DNA of 64,000 nucleotides, from positions 35,361-99,360 of IMG/VR virus record IMGVR_UViG_3300028888_000084. One strand, written 5' to 3'. Positions 1 through 9,676 of this stretch are shown here, piece by piece. The translations under genes and the position numbers were made by a program. Every line of letters begins with the position of its first letter. The first letter of the stretch is position 1. Origin of the DNA: a virus. Its lineage: Duplodnaviria; Caudoviricetes. The notes under the pieces are model-generated. The model saw nothing but the letters and a program-made list of their open reading frames with translations, did no database searches and was not told the DNA's origin.

Positions 1-1762
1 TTTGCTTTCCAAAGTCACTATCTGATTGATTTATTGTAGTAGTTAATCCCTTTTCATAAATTTCCCACACTTTATCGTCACAATTATTTATAAGTTGTGA
101 TATATTATCAATAGGTCTTCCTATTAATTTATAAACATCATCTATTATTTCCCATACTTTTACAGTTAGATAGTCATTTTTCAGGTATTTATAATAATCG
201 CAATTATATCCATCTAATGCACAACAAATTATATCGCCAACTTTTATAAGTCCAACCTCTTCTGAAATAGGTTTATCTAGTAATAAAAATGAACAAGGTG
301 ATGGTGCTATACTTTCTATAACACCACGAAACCTTTTGCTACCTTCTATTAAATCTTTCCATTTTTCATCTTCTACATACTTTTCTAAATCTTTAGCTAT
401 TTCATCGTAATCTGCTATATTCAGATCATTGGCTTTGCACCATAATCTAAAAGCGGAAGATTCTTGAAGTGGTTTATAGGCAACCATATAGTATATTCCG
501 TCATCACCAAGTATATCTTTACTAGCTTTAATTACTGGATCGACATTTGCAAAATTCAAATCTATATCTGGAAGACTTCTTGAAGATAATATTCTTTCTG
601 CACTCATAAACCTTGTAGGATAGAGCGTAATTGGTGCTTTTATTCTATCTACTTCAGTAAGACCAAGTAGTTTATTAATATAAAAACTAACAGCACTTCC
701 ACGACCACTTCTTGTTAATACAGCATCATAATCCGTAACTGCGTGTTTGACAATATTATAGTCTAATATAAAGTAATCTGCCATTCCACAATTTTTTATT
801 ATGTTCAATTCATAATCTATTGCATCCTCGTAAACAGACCATTTATTTTTATTAACAGAATATTTTTCTTTTGCCCAAGCACTATACACTATTTCCTTCA
901 ATTTTTCATCGCTATCTTCTTGTATAATCTTTGGTATTTTAAATTCTTTATCTATACTTATTGGCTCAGCATTATCAAATATAAGCGTATTATTTAATGC
1001 TTCTATAGCCAAGTCATCAGGTATTACCCCTTGTACTTTATACCTACTTAATATTTCATCAGATGTAGGATAATCTAATATAAAATTATTTTCTTCTTCA
1101 TATATTATTCCTTTAGCTTTTAAGAATAAATCTCTGTATTTAGAATCTTCAGGTTTGATATAATGACTATCACAACCATGAATTAATTTTATATTATATT
1201 TTTTATGAACTTCAAGAATTTTTTTATTGTATTCTTTTTGTATATCTACATTATGATCTTGTATTTCTAAATATAAACTATCGCCAAAATGTTTATATAC
1301 AGGTATCAAGAATTTGTCTTCCCAATCATCTTTAAACATTCTTCCCGCAATACAAGCCGTTGTAACGATTACATCATTTGGTGATAGGGTTAATAGCATT
1401 TCTAGATCGATTCTAGGTTTATAATAAAACCCAATCGTATTAGCCAACGATAAAATTTTATTTATTTGTTTTCTTCCCTTTTCAGTCATAGCTATTAAAA
1501 CTATGTGATAATTACCCCTATCATCTTTATTAGTAGCATCATCTACATAATAAGCCTCTGTACCGTATATACATTTCATTCCATTTGCTTCACACAAGGT
1601 TTGTGCTTCGTATATATTACCTTGAAATCCATGTTCAGTTGTGAAATAAGTGTCTTGTCCAAGTTCTTTAGCCCTTTCGATGTAATCGCTTGGTTTAACG
1701 ATTACATCTAAGGTTCTAACATTAGAATAATGTGTATGTTTATGATAATTATTATATCTCAT
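1..1762 (-). CDS. dnaE: DNA polymerase III alpha subunit (DnaE, family C), truncated by window start
   Basis: Not in the ORF track; read manually from ATG at 1762. PHP domain (YHKHTHYS, TEHG, DSHY), RSGRGSA motif and LPDIDLN catalytic motif; frame open to position 1. Confidence 0.93.
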   Translation of the reverse strand, partial: MRYNNYHKHTHYSNVRTLDVIVKPSDYIERAKELGQDTYFTTEHGFQGNIYEAQTLCEANGMKCIYGTEAYYVDDATNKDDRGNYHIVLIAMTEKGRKQINKILSLANTIGFYYKPRIDLEMLLTLSPNDVIVTTACIAGRMFKDDWEDKFLIPVYKHFGDSLYLEIQDHNVDIQKEYNKKILEVHKKYNIKLIHGCDSHYIKPEDSKYRDLFLKAKGIIYEEENNFILDYPTSDEILSRYKVQGVIPDDLAIEALNNTLIFDNAEPISIDKEFKIPKIIQEDSDEKLKEIVYSAWAKEKYSVNKNKWSVYEDAIDYELNIIKNCGMADYFILDYNIVKHAVTDYDAVLTRSGRGSAVSFYINKLLGLTEVDRIKAPITLYPTRFMSAERILSSRSLPDIDLNFANVDPVIKASKDILGDDGIYYMVAYKPLQESSAFRLWCKANDLNIADYDEIAKDLEKYVEDEKWKDLIEGSKRFRGVIESIAPSPCSFLLLDKPISEEVGLIKVGDIICCALDGYNCDYYKYLKNDYLTVKVWEIIDDVYKLIGRPIDNISQLINNCDDKVWEIYEKGLTTTINQSDSDFGKQ

Positions 1763-1788
1763 AGTAATTATTCACATCCTTTTATTCC

Positions 1789-3753
1789 TTAAAATCCAAA
1801 ACTCTCTTCAAAATTATTTGACACAGTTTTGTTTACAACCAAATCTTTACTTATATTTTTAGGATAATCTATTTTAAATTTTGATTCCCAAGAATATCGT
1901 CTTTCTAATTCTTCTTCGTCAGAATATATTCTTGCTGTTGCATAATCATAAAACATTTTGACCTTTTGACCAACTTTTCCAGTTTGTCTATCTTTAACAA
2001 CAGTAAGATAAGAATTAAATCCTTGTGGATCATCTTTAAGTATTCCTACGGCAAATGCCCTGTCTGCAAGATTTACTATTTCAGAACTACCAGATATATC
2101 ATACATTCCTGCCTCTTTTTGACCTGGTGCTGGTTTTTTAGGATGTGCTACCAGTATAACAGTAACAGGATATTTTCTTGTAAATCTTTTTAATGCTAAT
2201 GCAAATTTTATTTGTGCAGAATATTTATCTTCTTCATCATTAGTTGTGCACACAATACACATTAAATTATCTAGCGAGAAAAATGTAACATTATGTCTTT
2301 TATAAGCATATTCCATAGCTGATAATATTTCTTCTGCATTTGTACTTATTTCTTCTCCATCTTCATAATTCCATATTCTGTTTTTATAATATTCACGTAT
2401 AGCATTTTTTGCTTCAGTTGTAACTTTATATACTGGTGGTAAATATGGAACTGTATTATCATACTGCATAATATGATGTTTTCCAGCTAAAGGTCTAAAT
2501 GTATTGCCTAACAATGTTCCACCATTAGCTTCACCAGAGAATATCATAACATTTTTACCTGCCTCTAATGGCGATATTATGCCCATTTCTGATATCATAC
2601 TACTTTTACCAGATCCAGCAAATCCAGTTAAAACTATAAGATTATTATCGAAATTTCCCATAACAACTTTATCTACGGCTTTAAATCCAGTACTTATGAA
2701 AGGTAAACTTGCCAATTCTACTTCATCATAATCCCATAATGATTTTAATCTTGGATTTGGTACTTCTTTTGCATTATCTATTAATCGTAATACGTCATCT
2801 TTTCCACATATAGATAATACATTACTACAATCGCATTTATCGTAATCTATATCAAAATTATCGTGGTAAAATTGCTTTATTTTTGTCAAAACTTCTTCGT
2901 CTGGTTGAACAAGTTTTACCCTCGCTAATCCTAATCTATTAACACATTCTTTTCTCATAGCATCGCCTGGTGCATCATTATCAGACCATACAATTATAGA
3001 TGAAAATTTATCTAACCAATCATAATTATATTCTATCCAATTGAAATCTTCTGCACCGCCATTTATTGATACAGCATTCTGAAAGCCACTTTCTACTGCC
3101 GCAAGACAATCTACAAATCCTTCTACTATAAGTAAAGGTTTAGTTGTATCGATTCTGTCCATATTGTATAATATAGGGCACTTTCCACTATCCTTTTGCC
3201 ACCACCATTTTCCTTCTTTATTTGTGGCAGCTCTAGATAATCTATACTTAGTACACATATGAACGCCATCACTGTTAAAAAGTTGAAATGCCATATTGCC
3301 ATGTGCGTCTTGTTTAACATGACAGTAATCAAGTGTTTTTGGCGATATACTTCGTGATTTAGCATATTCTTCTACTATTTTTCTATCATTTTCGGGCTCA
3401 TCAACTGGATATTTATATCCTATTAACTTGTCAGAATTGTAGTTATCTTTGAAATCACTTGCGTCATAAGGCATTTTAACTAAGTCGAATAATTCTTTAA
3501 CCGCTTCAGGAAAGGATTTATTATGGAATTTACAAAAATGGTCTATAATATCATATGTTCTTCCAGTAGAAAAACATTTAAACATATTTTTTTCTTCATA
3601 CCAAATCATACTAGGTGTATTTTCTTGTTTGAATATAGACTTTCCTTTTTTGCCATCCCACATTTCTATTGGTATTTCTTTAGCAATGATATCTGCAGCA
3701 CGAATTCCAAGTTGACTTTTAGCTTCCTCTATCTTTTCCTTACTTATTTTCAA
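1789..3753 (-). CDS. Bifunctional primase-helicase (T7 gp4/Twinkle-like)
   Basis: TOPRIM (IVEGFVD, DNDAPG), Walker A GFAGSGKS, DNL, LVAHPKK, DISGS and VVKDR SF4 helicase motifs. Confidence 0.88.
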   Translation of the reverse strand: MKISKEKIEEAKSQLGIRAADIIAKEIPIEMWDGKKGKSIFKQENTPSMIWYEEKNMFKCFSTGRTYDIIDHFCKFHNKSFPEAVKELFDLVKMPYDASDFKDNYNSDKLIGYKYPVDEPENDRKIVEEYAKSRSISPKTLDYCHVKQDAHGNMAFQLFNSDGVHMCTKYRLSRAATNKEGKWWWQKDSGKCPILYNMDRIDTTKPLLIVEGFVDCLAAVESGFQNAVSINGGAEDFNWIEYNYDWLDKFSSIIVWSDNDAPGDAMRKECVNRLGLARVKLVQPDEEVLTKIKQFYHDNFDIDYDKCDCSNVLSICGKDDVLRLIDNAKEVPNPRLKSLWDYDEVELASLPFISTGFKAVDKVVMGNFDNNLIVLTGFAGSGKSSMISEMGIISPLEAGKNVMIFSGEANGGTLLGNTFRPLAGKHHIMQYDNTVPYLPPVYKVTTEAKNAIREYYKNRIWNYEDGEEISTNAEEILSAMEYAYKRHNVTFFSLDNLMCIVCTTNDEEDKYSAQIKFALALKRFTRKYPVTVILVAHPKKPAPGQKEAGMYDISGSSEIVNLADRAFAVGILKDDPQGFNSYLTVVKDRQTGKVGQKVKMFYDYATARIYSDEEELERRYSWESKFKIDYPKNISKDLVVNKTVSNNFEESFGF

Positions 3754-3802
3754 TTATATCACCGCCATTTACAATTATATAACACATAAAGTAAAAGTCG
3801 AT

Positions 3803-4597
3803 TTAAATACATAGTCCTTTGTATCCACAAATATATCTACAGAAAAAGTCGTTATAAGGATTCTCACATTTAGTATCAAAATCTTCTTCTTCATATATAT
3901 CGTGAATCGTATTCTCTACCCATTCAAGTGCTTCTTTCAATGCATTTTCATCAAATTCACACGTTACAGTTTCGTTCTCTTTAAACATATTAAATTCTAA
4001 AATCTTAGGATATTCATTATATTTTTGTTTAACATACAATGAATATAAGTATAACTGCCTAAGATATTCTTTTAATTCTGTGTCATTCTTAAAAGCACTT
4101 TTACTTTTGTGGTCAAGTATCTTAAAATTACCGTCTTTGTCTTTTGATAATCTATCTATATACCCGATGAATTTAATTGTCATATCAGATAATTCTATGT
4201 CTAGTTTGATTTCTTGTTCGGTACCAACTACATCATCGGAAAAACCTTCAAAGTTTTCAAGGTATTTTAAACCTTTTTTATAATATTGCTCTCGTAAATC
4301 AACGTAATTATTAGGCGGTGCTTCTTCTGTTATATATAAATCAAAATTATCTTCGTAATATTTTTTCATATCAAATAATTCTATTTCATTTTTGCTATAC
4401 ATTTCAAGAATTTTGTGAACAAAACTTCCGAATTGTGCAAAAAAATTACCCTCAGCATCGTCTTCTAATACATATCTTTTGTAAAACATACGTTTACAAG
4501 TATGAAAGGAATTTAATCTTGAAAATGACCAAACCATTTCATCAAGTATGTCCTTAAGAAGTTGTTTGTCTAAAATTTCAAATTCCAAAATATTCAC
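3803..4597 (-). CDS. PD-(D/E)XK (RecB-like) exonuclease
   Basis: WSFSRL, FGSFVH, GYIDRL, DHKS, QLYLY and C-terminal Cys cluster. Confidence 0.85.
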   Translation of the reverse strand: MNILEFEILDKQLLKDILDEMVWSFSRLNSFHTCKRMFYKRYVLEDDAEGNFFAQFGSFVHKILEMYSKNEIELFDMKKYYEDNFDLYITEEAPPNNYVDLREQYYKKGLKYLENFEGFSDDVVGTEQEIKLDIELSDMTIKFIGYIDRLSKDKDGNFKILDHKSKSAFKNDTELKEYLRQLYLYSLYVKQKYNEYPKILEFNMFKENETVTCEFDENALKEALEWVENTIHDIYEEEDFDTKCENPYNDFFCRYICGYKGLCI

Positions 4598-4614
4598 CCC
4601 TCATTAATATTTGG

Positions 4615-4640
4615 TTAGTCGCCACAAATGTGGCGACTAA
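4615..4640. other. Intergenic hairpin (possible terminator or processing site)
   Basis: Perfect inverted repeat TTAGTCGCCACA-AA-TGTGGCGACTAA; no clear U-tract. Confidence 0.5.
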
Positions 4641-4645
4641 AACCA

Positions 4646-5059
4646 TTAAAATGGAAGTTGTTCTTCATTAGTAGATGTTGGATTTACAACACCATTTACA
4701 GAATTGGTGTTATTCTTATCAACCTCACTTGCCATACAGAAGTCGAAAATTGTAAGATTTAGGTAGTAAACTGGTCTTCCTGATGCATCTAATATGTCCC
4801 CACCATTACGATCTAAGCCTTTAACACGTTCTATTCTTCCTTTAAGAATATAAATCCTATCTTTACTTTTTAATGTATCAAACTTCTTATCTGCTTCGCC
4901 TAAAAAAGAAACAGTTCCCCAAGCTGAATTTATATAAGTAGTTTCATTTGTTTGTTTATTTACATTTCTTCTACTTGTACTTAAATTTGCCAATGCTGTT
5001 TTTCTATCATTTCTTGATGGATTAAAAACAGTTGCATAAACATTTGAAAAATTTATCAT
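4646..5059 (-). CDS. Single-stranded DNA-binding protein (putative)
   Basis: OB-fold size, acidic EEQLPF C-terminal tip, position in replication operon. Confidence 0.7.
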   Translation of the reverse strand: MINFSNVYATVFNPSRNDRKTALANLSTSRRNVNKQTNETTYINSAWGTVSFLGEADKKFDTLKSKDRIYILKGRIERVKGLDRNGGDILDASGRPVYYLNLTIFDFCMASEVDKNNTNSVNGVVNPTSTNEEQLPF

Positions 5060-5078
5060 ATTATTATCTCCTTTTTGA

Positions 5079-5975
5079 TTATATTTGTTGAAGTGCGGCT
5101 AATACTGCTAATGCAGTATCAATATCCTTAATGGCTATAAAATTCTTTTTACCATCATTAACTTCAGCTACAGCATCATATAATTCTTCCTTTTTCTTTC
5201 CTTGTTCCATCTTTTGTTTAAAAAGGTCTGATATTTCGCCTATAACAGATTCAAGCGTAGGTTCTTCTGATACCTCTGGAATTGGTTTTGGTGCTACTGC
5301 TTCACCAGAATTCGCCCAATCATATAGCTTTTCGCCATCTTTTTCTGTAAGCATAGCCATAGTTCCTTCAAATAAGTGTGTATTATCCTTCGTAGCCTCT
5401 GCAACGTGTGAATCTTGGAATATATTAAAAGCTACAGTATAATCGTATTCAGCATCTTTATCTTGTTGAACACCTACGCCAACTTTTTTAGGTACTTGTT
5501 TGCCTTCTTTTTCCTCAAAGACATATTCATCCTTACCCCTACCTGTAGATATTACATGTATAGGTGAGAATAATATTTTTTCCATCAAAACTTTGTGTCT
5601 TGGTTTTAGCTTTGCCCAAGTTCCAGCACCTGGTTTAACTTGTGCTTGTTGACATAAATACAACCATTCGTGTGTTGTGCTATCAATTACAATGACCTTA
5701 TAATCAGCATCGATTGCATTTTGTATAGCTTCGCAAAATTTCTCTGGTGTGTAAGGTTCTGATAATTCTAAGATATCGAAGTCAAATTCGTTAGCATAAT
5801 ATTTGCTACGACCAGCTTCTGTGTCAATTACTGCAATACCAGTTCCTCCACATTTCTTGTAAATTCCTGTGGCAAGTTTTAAAGCCGAATAGGTTTTACC
5901 CGATCCGCTACTGCCAAATAACAGTGCCTTTACATAGATTTTTTCCTTTTTTGCTTTTTGGAAAGCGTTAGCCAT
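5079..5975 (-). CDS. AAA ATPase, Sak4-like ssDNA-annealing recombinase
   Basis: GSSGSGKT Walker A, IDTE, VIDS Walker B, KDNT; adjacent to SSB and exonuclease. Confidence 0.75.
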   Translation of the reverse strand: MANAFQKAKKEKIYVKALLFGSSGSGKTYSALKLATGIYKKCGGTGIAVIDTEAGRSKYYANEFDFDILELSEPYTPEKFCEAIQNAIDADYKVIVIDSTTHEWLYLCQQAQVKPGAGTWAKLKPRHKVLMEKILFSPIHVISTGRGKDEYVFEEKEGKQVPKKVGVGVQQDKDAEYDYTVAFNIFQDSHVAEATKDNTHLFEGTMAMLTEKDGEKLYDWANSGEAVAPKPIPEVSEEPTLESVIGEISDLFKQKMEQGKKKEELYDAVAEVNDGKKNFIAIKDIDTALAVLAALQQI

Positions 5976-6053
5976 TCCAAATCACTCCTTTAGATTTAAA
6001 TTTATATAATAAAATAAAAAATATTATATAGCAACATTATATCTTACAAGGTT

Positions 6054-6082
6054 ATTTTACAACATAAGATTTAATTTGTCAA
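6054..6082 (-). promoter_or_regulatory. SigA-type promoter of the replication operon
   Basis: TTGACA-17 bp-TAAAAT on the minus strand. Confidence 0.75.
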
Positions 6083-6105
6083 GTATATAAATTAATCTAA
6101 TTTTT

Positions 6106-6165
6106 AAGGTGAGCCAGACGCATCCAACTCACCTAGGTGTCGCCCGCAGGCAAACACCGCAATTC
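6106..6165 (-). ncRNA. Putative small RNA with two UGCG-capped hairpins
   Basis: GC-rich island in an AT-rich intergenic region. Hairpins at 6136-6158 and 6107-6134 close with G-U pairs only on the minus strand; own promoter immediately upstream. Confidence 0.5.
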
Positions 6166-6171
6166 AATTAT

Positions 6172-6200
6172 ATATTAACACGATATTAATAAAATGTCAA
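6172..6200 (-). promoter_or_regulatory. SigA-type promoter of the putative small RNA
   Basis: TTGACA-17 bp-TAATAT with extended TG. Confidence 0.6.
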
Positions 6201-6360
6201 TAAAAAATCGGTAAAAAATCAGAATAGAATTTCAAAATTTGTTAAAATTTATTAAAATTACTATTCTGATGTATATTTTTCTTATTTTCCATAAAATTTT
6301 GATTTTTTTCAAATTTTTAAAAATAAGAATGGCTTCAATAGTGGGCTGCAGGGCTCGATT

Positions 6361-6387
6361 TTCACAATAAAATTGTGTTTTTATGGA
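6361..6387. repeat. ATAAAA-N6-TTTTAT palindromic site (copy A)
   Basis: ttcacaATAAAAttgtgtTTTTATgga; matches the site at 28711-28737. Confidence 0.55.
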
Positions 6388-6782
6388 TTTACCCCAGTTA
6401 TTATAATTTCCAAAGGAAATGATATAGTTGGTTTTCTATATTTTGCTGATAAAACGATGTTTCCATTTCCTTGTGATATAAGTCTAACACCACATTCTTC
6501 GGCTTCATTACATTCTTCTTCTGTAGCTATTGCGGCAATACCAATAATACCATTGGTTTTAACCGTGATATCAGTCAACCCGTTTATAGTGCAAGTATAT
6601 GGTGCGTATTCACCAGACCAGTCACTTGCTGCTGGCACTTGTACTACAATAGATTTAGTTCTATTGTCTTCTATAGTAGTATTATCATTATATTTTACCA
6701 CATCAGCCATTGTTGCTGGATATATCGTATCATAATCCACACCATTAAATCTTTTTATGTTTGTTTTATAATTATTAGCCAA
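6381..6782 (-). CDS. Hypothetical tail-associated protein
   Basis: Last gene of the tail operon; N-terminal YDTIYPAT motif typical of phage fibre proteins. Confidence 0.55.
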   Translation of the reverse strand: MANNYKTNIKRFNGVDYDTIYPATMADVVKYNDNTTIEDNRTKSIVVQVPAASDWSGEYAPYTCTINGLTDITVKTNGIIGIAAIATEEECNEAEECGVRLISQGNGNIVLSAKYRKPTISFPLEIIITGVNP

Positions 6783-6796
6783 TTACCTCACCCCTT

Positions 6797-7489
6797 TTAA
6801 TTTATAACTTCTAGCCATAAACTTCCGTTTGTTCCGTAACTTGGTTCAGAAGAACTTAAGTAAGGAACACATTTATTATAATCAACTACCAAAGTCCAAT
6901 AAATAGAGTCTATTGAAGGTTCTTTGTCTGTGCTTGAAGTTTTTGCTACCCATAAACAATTATCGTACACAACGCATGCTTTAGCCGCATATTGCGTTGA
7001 ACTGTTCCAATTTGTATAACCAGTTAAATTTAGTGATGTATTTCCTTTATTGCCCCTTAAACCTAATTTTAAGCAAAAATTTGTTGTAGTTGGCGAGGTT
7101 CCTGCGGGTTTTTCAACTTTTACTAAATACAAATTATTATTATATAATATTACATTTCCAACTTCATATTGAGTTGTACTTGAATATTGACCAACATATT
7201 TAATATTATATATTTTATCCTCATATTCATCGTAAAGATCATTTAATTTATCTATTACACCTTCTTGATTAAAATTCTCTGCCTCAAGAAATGCATCTAT
7301 AAATCCGTTATAAAATTCTTGTATTACACCTTTACCTATTAATTCTTCTTTTTCGTTATCATTTTGATCATAAACCGCATCTATCATAGCATTATAATCT
7401 TCTGATTCAGCTGCGTTATAAAATTCCAATCTAAAACTTTGGTCTGAATGGTGTATATCTTGTGGTCTTTGTATTTCAAATGACTTCAT
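6797..7489 (-). CDS. Tail/baseplate protein with CBM5/12-like repeats
   Basis: YSSTTQYEVGNVILYNNNLY and WNSSTQY..VVYDNCLW..YW repeats; paralogous to the next gene. Confidence 0.55.
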   Translation of the reverse strand: MKSFEIQRPQDIHHSDQSFRLEFYNAAESEDYNAMIDAVYDQNDNEKEELIGKGVIQEFYNGFIDAFLEAENFNQEGVIDKLNDLYDEYEDKIYNIKYVGQYSSTTQYEVGNVILYNNNLYLVKVEKPAGTSPTTTNFCLKLGLRGNKGNTSLNLTGYTNWNSSTQYAAKACVVYDNCLWVAKTSSTDKEPSIDSIYWTLVVDYNKCVPYLSSSEPSYGTNGSLWLEVIN

Positions 7490-7505
7490 AAATAATCACC
7501 TCTTG

Positions 7506-8237
7506 TTAAATTATTTCAAGCCATAAATCGCCATCATCTAAACCTGATGGTGTTTCAGATTGTAAAGGAATTGATGATGGTGGTATATCTAATATTTTTT
7601 TCCATTCAGTTGTTGCACTATCTGTTGGTTCAACACCTGTTGAAGTTGTATTGGACAACCACAAACTATTATTATGCGATACAATATCATTCGCACCATA
7701 TGTCTGGTCTTCTAAATATTCATATCTAAAAGAACCAGCAGAACCACTTAATCCTAACGCACCACGTATTGTAAATTGCACCCAATATTCTTGATTGTCT
7801 AATTCTATATTTACTGGAACATCTTGTAATGCTATATATAAAAACGTAGAATCGCCAGATACCTTAGAAACAATATTATTTTTCTTATAAGTATGCGACT
7901 TGTTCCATGATTCTTTATAACCAAAATCATCTAATTTGCCTTGCCATTCAGTTTGTTTTGTATTTATATATGGTTCTATATCTGTTTTATAATATCTTTC
8001 AAGTGCTATTAAAGCATCACGAAATTTGTTTAATTTTCCTGAATCTATTAATTTTTGATCTTTGCCAGGAAGTCCATCTAATAATTGCTGTGCAGCTTCA
8101 AAATCACCCATTCTCAAATAATAATGAAACATGTTTATTTGAGGCAAATCTTCAGCAGTTATATTGACAAAATATGGCATATCATCTAAAGAATCAGGAA
8201 AGGATGTGTAAATTAAATCTTCATATAATTCACTCAT
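7506..8237 (-). CDS. Tail/baseplate protein with CBM5/12-like repeats
   Basis: WNKSHTYKKNNIV..LY and YGANDIVSHNNSLW repeats; ends GDLWLEII, similar to its neighbour. Confidence 0.55.
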   Translation of the reverse strand: MSELYEDLIYTSFPDSLDDMPYFVNITAEDLPQINMFHYYLRMGDFEAAQQLLDGLPGKDQKLIDSGKLNKFRDALIALERYYKTDIEPYINTKQTEWQGKLDDFGYKESWNKSHTYKKNNIVSKVSGDSTFLYIALQDVPVNIELDNQEYWVQFTIRGALGLSGSAGSFRYEYLEDQTYGANDIVSHNNSLWLSNTTSTGVEPTDSATTEWKKILDIPPSSIPLQSETPSGLDDGDLWLEII

Positions 8238-8248
8238 TTTTTACCTCC

Positions 8249-9664
8249 TTATATGTCTGGATATAGCGGATAAAATTTAATTGCATTAACTCTTTGTTCA
8301 CCGCCTATCGATAAATCAATATTAATACTTTTCGTAATATATTGACTTCCTATGCCAGTGTCTGGATCTAAATAATAAATCTTATCATTTACGTCTAACC
8401 AATATAAAGGTGCCATTGTTAAATTCAAAGAATCATTAAGCCTTGTTAATTTCCAGAGTTCATATTCAGCACGTTGTAAACACAAATCATCTGTAGTTAT
8501 ATTATCATATTCGCCGCCGTGTAACACAGTATAAATTTCACCTATTTTGTTTATACAGTATGGACTATCTTCATTTGTATCACTACAAGTAGCTGTCGGT
8601 TGTTGTCTACCCATATACATAAAAGTTCCATTTTCCTGCATTTTAACAACATAATATTCATCGTTTTCTGGAAAAACAGCACTAGTCCCATCTTCATTAA
8701 CTATATTACCAGTTACTATATCTGTAGTTCCATTATTTATAACTAATTTGGGATTCTGTGCTATAGAATGAATTGTAAATCCTATAGTTTCGCCAGTTTC
8801 AACTTCTTCTTTGCCAGTAAGAACAATCGTGTATTTACTTCCCGACAATGTTGCATCTCCGCCATATTCATTTGGATCTAAACTTTTCCCTAACACTGTT
8901 ACTTTATTTTTAACATCCTCAAAATTTATTTCCACGTTTTCTGTTACCACGATCTTTTTTAAAAAATCATATGTAACAACAATCTGATCTTCTGTATTAC
9001 TAGGTATTTTTTGAAATACGAATACACCATCTAAATCAAAAAACATCTCATAATTTGGATAGATATCACGAATTTTAGAAAGTAAATCATATACCGTTCC
9101 ACCAATATCTATAGTAATATCGTATGGTAAATTACCTTCATCACAGTCTATTGTATATTTACTAAATCCAGCTAATTGTGTTATTATAGATACTAAAACT
9201 TCACGCATGTTCTCCCCAGCTTCAATTTTGGTTGTCATAGCTTGAAGTGTTCCATTTCTCATACCAGTAAGTTTAGACATTAAATCTACACCTTCAAATG
9301 ATAATCTTTTATCACTTGCTGAATATGAAAAACTAGGTTTATTTATAAGATAAATTCCACAATTATACCATATAATATTTTGTGTGGTAATATGTCTAAT
9401 ACCAACATATAATTGTATATATCTATCTAACCATATATCACCACCAGATTTTATAGTAAGTGTAGAACTATCCACAACAAATTCAACCCTACAAGTTCTT
9501 CTTATATCAGCGTTTGCATCTATTGATATACTACCGCCTAAACTATAACCACTTATTTCATCTACTATATTCATATCTAAATCCAAAACGTTGATTTTTA
9601 TAAATAATTCCCTATATGGTTGTTCTGCCAATTCTAAATCTAGATTACTTGGAATATAAGACAT
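8249..9664 (-). CDS. Minor tail / baseplate hub (Tal-like) protein
   Basis: GSISID..DIRRTC, YEMFFDLDGVFVFQ and WLDVN motifs; position in tail module. Confidence 0.65.
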   Translation of the reverse strand: MSYIPSNLDLELAEQPYRELFIKINVLDLDMNIVDEISGYSLGGSISIDANADIRRTCRVEFVVDSSTLTIKSGGDIWLDRYIQLYVGIRHITTQNIIWYNCGIYLINKPSFSYSASDKRLSFEGVDLMSKLTGMRNGTLQAMTTKIEAGENMREVLVSIITQLAGFSKYTIDCDEGNLPYDITIDIGGTVYDLLSKIRDIYPNYEMFFDLDGVFVFQKIPSNTEDQIVVTYDFLKKIVVTENVEINFEDVKNKVTVLGKSLDPNEYGGDATLSGSKYTIVLTGKEEVETGETIGFTIHSIAQNPKLVINNGTTDIVTGNIVNEDGTSAVFPENDEYYVVKMQENGTFMYMGRQQPTATCSDTNEDSPYCINKIGEIYTVLHGGEYDNITTDDLCLQRAEYELWKLTRLNDSLNLTMAPLYWLDVNDKIYYLDPDTGIGSQYITKSINIDLSIGGEQRVNAIKFYPLYPDI

Positions 9665-9676
9665 ATTATCACCTCA

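Noticed and set aside
3803-4597. Cas4 indicating a CRISPR locus
   Set aside because: Context (SSB, Sak4-like ATPase) fits a phage recombination exonuclease; no cas1 or array.
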